Shown here: one piece after another, positions 53,297 to 64,000 of the stretch | Position numbering within the stretch: the stretch's first letter is position 1 | How the letters are laid out: the number at the start of each line of letters is the position of its first letter | Assembly (NCBI GenBank): GCA_051362555.1 | Contig: CM120643.1 | Location: 7,502,001-7,566,000, forward strand | DNA length: 64,000 nt | DNA from: Lingula anatina | Taxonomy: Eukaryota; Animalia; Brachiopoda | Direction: 5' to 3' | The notes under the pieces: generated by a model | What the model was told of the DNA's origin: nothing | Databases searched by the model: none | What the model saw: the letters and a program-made list of their open reading frames with translations, nothing else | Program-made: the position numbers and the translations under genes

Positions 53297-56200
53297 CTGG
53301 TACAAAGTAATGTTGTAAAGGCACTATCAATTGACGAAAAATGTCTCTTTTAGTTGGAAAGGCATCCTTTAAAAAAGAATTTGTCAGTGGAGATTTTGGG
53401 GGGTAGTGAAGAAACAATTAAAACTGACAGCTCATCAAAGGGATTCCTCGATAAATGAGATTATCTGTTATCAATATCTCTACCTGGTGAACATTTTGAT
53501 CTAAGGCAGGCATTTATAATTTTTCTTAGTGTCACACTGTTTATTCTTAGTATTATATTCATTACAGGGGGAATTGTCCGGGTGTCGGTTGTCCAGGGGG
53601 TAATACCCAGAGGTGGAGGATTGTCCCGGGGGGGGGGGGGGGGGGGTCCCTGATACCTGCGACCACGACGGAGGGTGTCTTGGGGAATGCGAATATTCTA
53701 TAACTTTTGGTATAATAAATGATTTGGTTTATGATCTTCCATACATGCTCTTCCATACACATACATACATACACACATGAATATTTAACTACTTAAATCA
53801 TTGCTCTGTTTTGCACAGGAATGGAATTTGTCTCTTTAGGGCCGGGGTTAACTGGGTGTTTGGATACAGTATCTTAAATACGTAGTGATACATATAGGTA
53901 GGACACAAAAAGTTCTAGTAGAAAACAAAATAATTCTCATTTATTGCAATTAATATAACAAAAAATCCACATTTGTATGTTTATGTCAGACGAAATGTCA
54001 CAGTTACAATCTACACGTGTTTGCAAGGACACTCTTGTTTTTAGTCAATTCCTTTTCCATTAAAAGGAAGTTTTTTTACCCACTAATCTCCAAGACTCCG
54101 AAGTTAAACATTGTATTCGGCTGACATAAATTGAAATACAGAGTGTCCCAGTATAAACGTAACCCAAAAATGTGAACGCCGTTTATTTTCTGTTTACAAA
54201 TTATATACAATTCATATATATTTGAAAACTGCAGAAGTTAGCAAATCTACTGCTACAAACAACATGTCACGTGCTCTACTGGCAAAGATTTTGTCGTCAT
54301 TTATAGAAAATACTCCAAATATGCTCTGTTATACATTGCACAGTGTCTTTCAATTCAAAATGTAGTTTTATTAAGTAGTAAACATCAGAATGACAATTCG
54401 AGGACTAGCGAAAACGTTCTTCAAAGTTGTAAAGTGTATTGAACGAAACTAATCTGGGCACTCAGTCGTATGTATGCAGTCACAGACTACATATTCCTCC
54501 GTTTAAATCGCACCGCACGCACAGTCTGTTGTCACGTGGTCTTCTGACCCACCTGTCCATCAATCATCACTGTACTAAATATAAACATATCAATCATACT
54601 CTGTAAATCTACAAAGTTCATTAAGTTTCTTGTTATAACCTCTCAGCAAAATTGAACTAAATGTAACGTACACCATCCCACCAAGGAAAATTTCAAAATT
54701 TATATTAAAAGAAAAAAAAACAATAAAAAAACAAGGGCAAATAGAAAAGATCTCACGTTGAGCGATCTTTCAATATTTGATTTAAGCTTTCAAGTAAGAC
54801 AATATTTTTTATCAGTGATAAGACAAAAAGAAGATATCCTCCAACAGAAATAAATATTACTGCAAATAAAAGTACTAAGGACTAAGTCGGTTATAAAAAC
54901 TTTATTTAATTGGGGCCTACCAAAAGTCGCATGCTTTGTATACATGTATGTGTGGATATAGCTGTAGAAGTAAAGCTATCGCCTGCGTCTGTCGTCGTCG
55001 CCCTGCATATTTCACTGTTATAGCAATAAATTGATAGTCGTGTGGCTTTTTTTTTTTAATACTCAAACTTACTGGAGTAATTCACGTTAAAATGGCAGAT
55101 ATAGTGGGTCTTTTTTCCTTAAATTATCCCGCTTTTTTTTTTTACTTTTCTGTTATAGGCCTATATTGTAATGTAAGATTTGTTAACGCAATAAAAGGAA
55201 AACCCCGTGACTTACTGTATCATACTGAAATTTACAGAATCACTTTTTATATGAGTATTAAAATACAGGCCAAGGGCAAATGTCAACTTTATCGGACCAT
55301 TTTTGGCGAAGGTTATCACATGTCCCTCTTTCCTTCGAATGGAATGTGTCGTCTCTCCTGGTCGACGCTCTGCTTTCCGTAGTTGTTATAACTACAGCTT
55401 GCTAGAGTCCGTCTTAACACTTTCTTGCAAAAATAATTTGTAATTGGATATACATAAATATTCTGTCGTTAAAGAGTCTAGATTTATGATTTTAGTCGCT
55501 ACGAGAGAAAATAATAAAGCTTGATAAAAGTATTGATCAAATAGGCCCATGATCATTAATATAAAGCATGTTATTATAAATAGGTAATAATTTACAAATA
55601 ATTAGCTTCACTTGTTTCGGCTTCTCGATCCTAGACAACGTCTCGACGTGAATTCCCAGAGAAAAAAATGTATCGCCTGCAGGGCCTCAAGTACGGTTAC
55701 CACTGTAACATGGTACTCTTTTTTCATATAAATGAAATTCATGACATTTGGACACTCTTGAAATATGTGCATTCAGTATAAAAAGTTTTGAGTATTAAAA
55801 AAAATTATTATGATACTTCGGAGAAATTATATGAAAATGATCATATCAGCGTCCTCTGTCATTTATCGCTGTCTTCAAGACATATTAGACGAGTATGTAA
55901 GCTTCACTTTAATTCATTGGGACAACATTTCAGAGGAAGAATTTGATAGAGTAAATCAGCGCTTAATTATAATGTCACGATGATTTTCTAGCATAACGTC
56001 AGCATAACATTTGCTGGAACTTATTTTAATTTTAGTTCCTTTCGTAGCGTTGACGCTTTGCCAGTTAATTTTCTAGCGCTGCGTTTTTAGTAATGACGCT
56101 CTTTCTCAATAGACGTCATCTTTGAATTCGAAGTCCATCTTTGTGAATTACTATACTTGAAACATACGGTAGTTATATAAGTAGAAAAGATAAATCTGAA

Positions 56201-58667
56201 CAGGTTTTTTTAGAAGCAAAAGTTGTAAAAGTTTGTATAACCTGGTGTGTTAGAGTTAAAGGACAACAAGTAAACACCCGAACGCACTCAAAACTCAATT
56301 TCCCCGACTCTCCCAAACCTTTTATACCATCATCATACCCTCCCCCCCCCCCCCACCATAATATTTGTGTCGTTTTATTTCAACATATTTCTCTATTGAA
56401 TGGTTCGTCGAAATCTAATTTAAACTAAAATATCATATTGTCATTTTCAATGGCTTATTAGGTAATTTCTTTCTGAACTTTTTATCCCCCCTCCCCGCCT
56501 CGCGTTATGTCTTAACTAACACAATGGGGGGATATTTTGTGGAGTCCGTCACAATCATGGTTGAGACAGCATCAGAATCAAAACACCGCAGTCTCTATCG
56601 TAAGGTCTACTTGGTCAAACATAGCAAAAACTGCTCAGATATTTAAATCAGTGAACCTTATTGAGTCATATCAAGAAAGCCAGTGACCTACATAATGTCG
56701 TTTCAATTTGGGGTTGATAAGGATCTGAAGTTAATTTTCGTCTGGCATTTTTTTTAAATATACTGAACACAAACGTCGTCCAATGTATTTTTAATGTTGT
56801 AAAGTACAAATGAAGTTTCATCCGTAAAATATTGGTGAGAGTTGAAAAGGAAAGGCGGTCACTTCAGCCTGCCACCTCCCCCTACCATGAATGTAATGGG
56901 ATGGACAGCCTGGAAGGAGACGTCACTGCCTCAGTGCTGAGTGATAAGGAAGTGGATCGAAGGCGGCTTAGATATTAAGTATACGATTATCGTAATTTCA
57001 GCCATATCAGTATAACGTTTTAAGAAATCAATGTTAGGTATTTGGTGATAAGTTACTTGTGATTTATTTTTGAAAAGTATTTTGACACCCGTTTGCTTAA
57101 AAGTGGTTTTGACCATTTCCCAACATTTTCCCCCACGTACAATTTATTTCCTCCTTCACTTCATCTCGCCACGTCTCATAAAACAAAGATGCAGTTGCAC
57201 TTCATGTTCAGTGTTTTGACCTTTGTCGGTAGAAATAGTAATGGCAGTGGAAGTTTACCGTGAGAAATGGCCAAGGAGGGGGAGATGCTGTGAAATGTCT
57301 TGTGAGGGTCTGGCTATTGGCATGTTGATATTTACATGTAGTGAACGGTTGGTAGTGGAATTATAGAATATGATATAGGTAAAGTAATGAACGTCCATTT
57401 CCTAAGTAAAGAACATAATTCAAGTATTAAGGAGGTATAGTAATAAACTTCCATTTCGAATATTGGCAAGATTTCATAAATTAATATTTAATATTTCGTT
57501 TCATTAAAATGTGTGAGCTAAATTGAAGTTATATTGATTTCTGCGTGACATATTATAAGATCAACCTTTCCAAGACATAAGGGCAAGCTGATAGCCCGAA
57601 ATGCTGTTTGGAACGGATCTGAAAAGGCTCTGTCTAAAAGTGTCTTTTACGTGTTTTTTTCATATAACATTACGAATTTGAGGTCTTTTACGAATTAAAT
57701 GTAACATATTTAAAACGTAATGATATATCAGAATGCATGGTCATCAGTTAAAAACTTGCTTTATTGTATTGAAATATGTTCTATACTATCTTATTGTCAA
57801 GTTTGTCACACGTGACATGTAAAATGATACTATTTGTGGTATTCTTCAGCAAGACAGCAAGGGATGACTTCAAGTTTAGATGGGAATTAAGTACGCACAA
57901 ATACACACATTTTATGTCGGTTTAAAGCACAATATTTTTCTATAATATTCAGAATTCTGTAATATTGAGTTTCACCTAAATCACCAAAGGACACATTATC
58001 GAAATCGTTGATAAATTCTACAAGTCCGGTGTCGAATTTTTAATTTCTCTTTTCACCAGCGTGAGTATATTCTTCAGTCTCAGATTCTCAAAATTGACTG
58101 AAATCTAGAATGTATCGACTGTCGCTCATTGTGTGTCTTTCTTTTAATGTTAAGATGAGAAAAAAAGGATTATCGTCTCTTGAAATTTGCTGTCTTGTTG
58201 AGTAAGAGATGTCATTTTACGAATCAAGATCGATTATTTTGTGTCACAAGTGAAGTATGTAGAATTAAGAAATTTCCATTTGAGAAAAAATTCGATTTGA
58301 GAAATATCCCTTCTTGAAAAGCTGATTTCGTACATGTAAATGTCCTTCATATGATGGAAAAGAAACTTTCGTGTTTGACTTATCTCTGAACGTAGTTTTT
58401 ACACTGTTAAATATGTTTTATCATGAAAAATAACTGATATTTTTGTCATTAATCTGTTAAACAAATACAGGTTCTGGGTAAAGATGACGGGACCATTTAT
58501 ATGATTGAAAATTGTTTTATTTTCCAAATTTAACTGTTTTCGGCAATTCTCTTTAACCAGCATCTTTCCTTCTATTGACCAGATGATACAGAAATTAGGG
58601 ATATTTTCTCGTATTTAGAACATTTTATGTTCAGAAGGTTGCTAAACATTTCTTACAAGGTTTTTTA

Positions 58668-58827
58668 AATTGAAAATGGATGTAGGAAATATGAGAAATA
58701 TCGTGATCTGTCCCTTGGATTTTAACCCAGATTTCATGTAAATGTAGTATGTTATCTAATTGAAAATGGAGGTAGGAAATATGAGAAATATCGTGATCTG
58801 TCCCTTGGATTTTAACCCAGATTTCAT
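58668..58827. repeat. 90-bp tandem duplication
   Basis: AATTGAAAATGGA.GTAGGAAATATGAG..GATTTCAT twice. Confidence 0.9.
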
Positions 58828-58981
58828 AGGTGAACATGTAGTTTGTTTTCTAAAAAGGATTTTTTTTCAATTTCATATTTCTTTTATAATCTAATGTTCA
58901 TTATTCTTTCAATTTTGTCAAAAGCTGGGTAAACGCTGTATTTGTTTTTTTACGTATTTTGACACTTTTTTTTTGGGCTTA

Positions 58982-59446
58982 AGCCCCCTCTACACTGGAC
59001 GGCGTCCTTTCTGCGTCCCGTAGTACGGCCCCGTTTGAGAGTAAAAAAAAAAATTCGTGCCGACATCTGGCCGATCATTGAGCATTCATTCTGCAATCAA
59101 AGCGATGCTTGTTCCTCCTTTCTATGTCAGTTTCATGGTCGCACAAAGGACGCAGAAAGGACGCCGTCCAGTGTAAAGGGGGTTTTAACAACGAAAGTAT
59201 GTCCGTTTTGTCTTCCTAAAGCCCCCTTTACACTGGACGGCGTCCTTTCTGCGTCCAGCAGTCCGGCCCCATTTGAGAGTTAAGAAATTATAATATTTTA
59301 GCCTACGTGCCGACAACTGGCCGATCATTGAGCATTCATTCTGATACAAAATCAATGCCCGTGTCTCTGTATTAAGACCACAGCGATGCCAAATTTCATG
59401 GTCGCAGAAAGGACGCAGAAAGGACGCCGTCCAGTGTAAAGGGGGT
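58982..59446 (+). mobile_element. Two tandem Harbinger-like MITEs (58982-59184, 59220-59446)
   Basis: Each bounded by TACACTGGACGGCGTCCTTTCTGCGTCC and its reverse complement. Confidence 0.85.
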
Positions 59447-60036
59447 ATAACGATACGTGTCCGACTTAAAAAGCGTTCAATTTTAAAGATCATTTAAGAA
59501 AAATCTCATAATTGTCATTATTATACAGAAAAAAAAACAATGGCGGATCCAGGACATTTGAAAGGGGTCAGATGTTGACATTTGGAGCGAGATGGAGTAT
59601 TTTGGGGATTTGATCATGTGAGCCCAGAATACGTCTCTCTCCTCAGGGAGGGCGGAGACTAGATCCACCATTGTTTTCTTTTTTTTTAAATTTTAATGAA
59701 GAAGTTGAAATATATTGTTTTTGTCATTAAGAACAAACATAAGACCATTAATGTGGTAGATAGTTTATTCGTCAAGTCAAATAGATAAGAACGTTATATT
59801 TTTTACACCTGTAAGTGAATTTAAATGCAGACATCATAATATTATACTATAATATCATAATATTCTTTTAGATACTGAACGCTTTTTAACTTGTAGTAAT
59901 AAAAAGACTGAAGACGATGATATTTTATAGATATATGTTTTATAAATAATTGAGTACATAAAAGCAATTTGCATTGCTTATTGCTCTTAATAAAAAAACT
60001 TATTGAATATACAAAATGTCTTAGCGTTTTTACTGA

Positions 60037-60425
60037 TGGCTAAATTGCTCAGTGGTAGCCTGGGGTTGGGGTTCGATTCCTGGCTCGGGCACTTTGGAAT
60101 TACAAAGGTGTGCTATTAGAATTTTTCTTTGGTTACTATAAGAAGAAAGTCTACAAGAGGAGGGTGGGTGGGAACACTTAGAGGAGTAGGTAACGCGCTT
60201 GCCTCTGAGACAGAAGGTCCCCAGTTCGATTCCTGGCGCTTCTAGGTCCTAGCAAATTACCTTTTGCAAAAAATAAACCCAAATGAACAATTTAAACTAC
60301 TATAAGAGGATCATACGAATGAGGAAAAACGCGAACTGAGATAGTGGCTCAGTAGGTAAGGCGACAGACTAGGAAGTAGAAAAGGGTGAGCTAGGAGTTG
60401 AAAACCTAAGGTTCAAGTCGAGCTG
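60037..60425 (+). repeat. Three degenerate tRNA-like (SINE-head) units
   Basis: A-box-like GCTCAGTGG / AGTAGGTAA and B-box GGTTCGATTCC, AGTTCGATTCC, GGTTCAAGTC; no complete cloverleaf. Confidence 0.5.
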
Positions 60426-62720
60426 AAGAAAAGAAAGTTAAGAATAAACATGTGACATTTTGCACATCATCTATTACAACTTTTATGTACATTTATTATA
60501 ACAAATACAAACAACTACACCATACAGATGTATGCAAAATCCGAACATTACGTTTTGGCTCTACGTAAAAAGTAATTTTCATAACGACTGCACAATTTGA
60601 GATATAACTCAATCTTAAATACAACTATCTACAACTAAATGTGTTGGAGATTCTACGCATTTTGAAAAGTGTCGCTCAAGATCAATCGTTTTGGTTTTAA
60701 TAAAGAACATGAAATCTCCCTTTTTTATATTTTTGCCCAAAGTTAAATGAGAAAGTTGTAGATTCGCAGGGAAGTATTTTACAGCAATCGTTCAAAGTTG
60801 ACATTGGAGTATTTGTCTTATGAGTGAGCCAAAATTTCACCAAGGGACATTTTTATCCAAAATTCAAGGGTGGTGGCAGTATGGAAAATTCAAAATGCAT
60901 ATGATCTCATGTAATCGTTTCCCCCGCACACGGGTACACACTCATGACACCACAACTAACTGTATGTCCCCATGCTGATGATCGCGCACAACACCAAACA
61001 GCAGTCAAACATTATTCAGTTCTGTTAATTTGATGAGTGCTTTTCTTGTAGGTAAATGGATATGTACCTTATATTTTGCTTCATTTTTCTTCTCTTAAAA
61101 TCTTAAAATAGGATTTAGGTGGCACAATTTTGAGTGAACACTTAAATTTATGCGTCTCAATCTTCATTTATGCGATTTATGCGAATCAAGACCAGCATGA
61201 AGACATGGCAAGTTTACAACCTCATCCCAGTCATAGTTATTTTTATGAACAATATGTACACAAAATTAGAAAAGGTTATGCAAAAACAAGTTTACTTAAA
61301 AAAACTCAGAAAATGCTAATAAACTCTACGGTCACTGGTGTTCAGTGGTCAAGATGCACTCAACAAAAATAACCCAACAGCACGTGCAGGACTGGCACCT
61401 AATCAGGCCTTTTGTTCTCAATCACTCCTTGATCCCGACCGAAATATAGAATTAAGAAAGAACCAAGAACAAGATCAACATTAAGTGAAACACTGACCTT
61501 CCAATTTTGTGGAAATCTTTTACTCTAACCAATCAAAGTGTCATTTTTCTTATAATTTTTTTTTTGTTTTTTCATGTTTGATTAGAAAAAAAAAAAAAAA
61601 AAGAAAAAGGGTTTTTAGGCGTTTAACTGACCAAGTTTCTTTAATTACTGGGAAATACCCATTTCCCCCAAATCAAAACTTTGCGACAACTTTAGTTTCG
61701 GATTTTTCAAAATTTCAACTTGTAAAAGATGCGATAAATGCCAGTTCTACATGTACATTTTAATTGACGCAAAAGGAAACACTTTCTACTAATCACAGTT
61801 TCTCTTTGTGAGTATTTCCGCTTTGTAATGAAGGTATAAAGTTAATTTCCCTTCTTTAATAACAAAAACTTATTAATTGCGAAAAAAACTAACCCAACCC
61901 CTGACTTGATTTTCTGAAAACGAACATTTCTACCCCCTTCCAGCAATAAAACTATGGGTCTGTCACTGATCAGACATAGTACTAGTATATCAAAATACCG
62001 GGAACCCAAGGAAGTTTATTCTTACCATGCGACATAACCGCATATTCACAATTTTAGAAAGTCCCGTTTTAATACGTGTGGGCAATTCTGCAATAACTCT
62101 TAAAAGTATCATAATTTGGATTACAGCGTTTACAGTTTATTGTACATTTACGTTTCGCTCATTTCTTCCTTTGAACCCACAATAAAAGATTCCTGAATGC
62201 ATTTTACGTATTTTTCTATTCTAAAATTAACTTCTTAAAAATTAATATTTGTATTAAATTTTATATGAATAATCATGCATTTTTAAGTGCACAGCAAAGC
62301 GTCTTATTACATATTTGCCCACACATATAACTTTACAATCAAACATTGAACCGGTCGTACTAGCACCGTGCTCTGCCTGGACTTTACTTAATGATAATTT
62401 TACAATTACTTTCATTTTCATAGATCACTTGAGCAAGGCACTTTTTTAACCTCAAAGGTGTCGTTTCAGATTCGAAAACTGGTCGGTCTAAACAAAAATT
62501 TAAATTACAATAAAAACATCGTGCGAGGATAGAGTGCTGTACTACAACTTATTTACACATGTATAATAATAAACCAGCAACTTGCAAGGTTGACGCTTGG
62601 ATTTAGTCCATTTTATCGGAAGTTTCATGAAAAAACCACTCGTTACAAGCTGCACTTCATTTGATACACGTTTTGATGCAGAATATTACAACCCAAAGCA
62701 CACATTTCAAACCAAAGCAA

Positions 62721-63208
62721 ATGTCAACCCTGCAAGTTGACTATACGACAAACTTCGGCACACAAGACAATGTTGACATGGGTGCGGGCGCTAGCGAACA
62801 CGAATCTGATGTCTTTTCTGGGAGTGCGTCTATTCTCTTCGTAGACGGTTGTTATGAGGCACTGAAATTAAATGAAAATGAAATGGATTAAACAAAATTC
62901 ATAACAATATCTTAGGATTTGACAAAGTGAAATACATAATATTAATAATAAGCTTGATTGGTTTTTGGCTTTCTTAGTTATACATTATTTTGCGTATTTT
63001 GTGGGTAGTGTGATATAAATTCAGGATTTTATTGCTACATGTACATGTGCTTATTAAAACCTCTTCAGAATGATTCTACCAATTACTTTATTCCCTTGCA
63101 TCCACACTTAAATAAATTCGTAATCCGAATTCTGGCACTTTAGCTCAACTTTTTAAAAATCAAATACTTTATGCAAACAATTTATTTCAGATTATAATAT
63201 CAAGGACG
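62721..63208 (+). other. Possible first coding exons of a downstream gene (62721-62847, 63191-63208)
   Basis: MSTLQVDYTTNF..ILFVD with weak donor, then clean 18-nt phase-1 exon TTTCAG|..|GTATGT; no family recognised. Confidence 0.25.
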
Positions 63209-64000
63209 GTATGTAATCGAAATTGCAATCAGAAAAAAATGAAGTCAAGGGAGGTCGACAGTGCCAAGCAAATATACGTTTGCTTTCCTGGTCGCGGCTA
63301 GTTCTCTATAAAATAATTTGTTTATTGTCAGTTAACTTTAATAAACAGGATATATTTGTACAGGCCACTGTCAAAAAATAAAAAAGGCACCCATTGGGAG
63401 CTGAGAATGTTACAGTAGTTACCTGCTTTGTCGTCTTGCTTTGTTTAAGACGGAAAAACGAGTTCAGACCTTTGGACGGCTGGAATAATCTTCTCACTTC
63501 TTTATGAGCAAATACTTTCCTTCTGGAAAAAGCAATATAAAAAGTTATTTAACTTTCCAAGCTCATTTCGGCATTCATGTCAATGAATTTTATCCAAGAG
63601 CCATTACGTCAGAAGTGGGAAATGCATACTTTTGGATAAAATATCGTCATCATAAAACGCTCAGTGTTGACTTACATCATCTATACAGTACTTACAACAA
63701 ACTACATCAGTTCTCAGTGCCAAAATTTCAGTCTACGTGTGGAAATTGTGGCAATGTGGCACGTGAAGCTTCTTCCTCTTCCTTCTGACCTTGGTCCTAT
63801 CTGAATACCTCTCACCAAAATGCTCACCTGGTTTACATAATAGCACTGACTGTGGGATTGTGTTAGAGAAGACATGATGCGGCTTAACGCAATCTAAACG
63901 TTATCATCAGGTTATTGCACAAACAAACCATTTTGTTTTGTCCATCTATAGACCTTCATCCCAAATAAATGAGGTTTTTATTATTAAAGCATCCCAATTA

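Noticed and set aside
60037-60425. Functional tRNA genes
   Set aside because: No acceptor stem or complete cloverleaf could be drawn

Overview
AT-rich animal (probably marine invertebrate) genomic DNA with short GT-AG introns, many non-autonomous transposons and microsatellites; nothing prokaryotic, no CRISPR or rRNA. Most ORFs in the supplied track are noise. Manual splicing gives three phase-consistent genes that the track misses or truncates: (1) a + strand 10-11-exon gene (12684-16199) with an N-terminal CBM20 glycogen/starch-binding domain, a spacer built from duplicated small phase-1 exons and a basic amphipathic tail; (2) a - strand 10-exon, 542-aa 'mini-polycystin' (26695-22247) with only TM1-PLAT-TM2..TM5, no ectodomain and no channel domain, under an X-box/CRE/ETS promoter; (3) a FASTKD-like mitochondrial RAP-domain gene (52354-48889). 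Also present: a decayed FASTKD-like paralogue, a C2H2 zinc-finger ORF, HEATR3-like and unidentified pseudo-exons, a 1.65-kb foldback with a 9-bp direct flank, a Penelope remnant with a hammerhead core, Rex/Babar LINE fragments, nested MITEs and tandem arrays. Family assignments are by eye from remembered motifs, not database searches.
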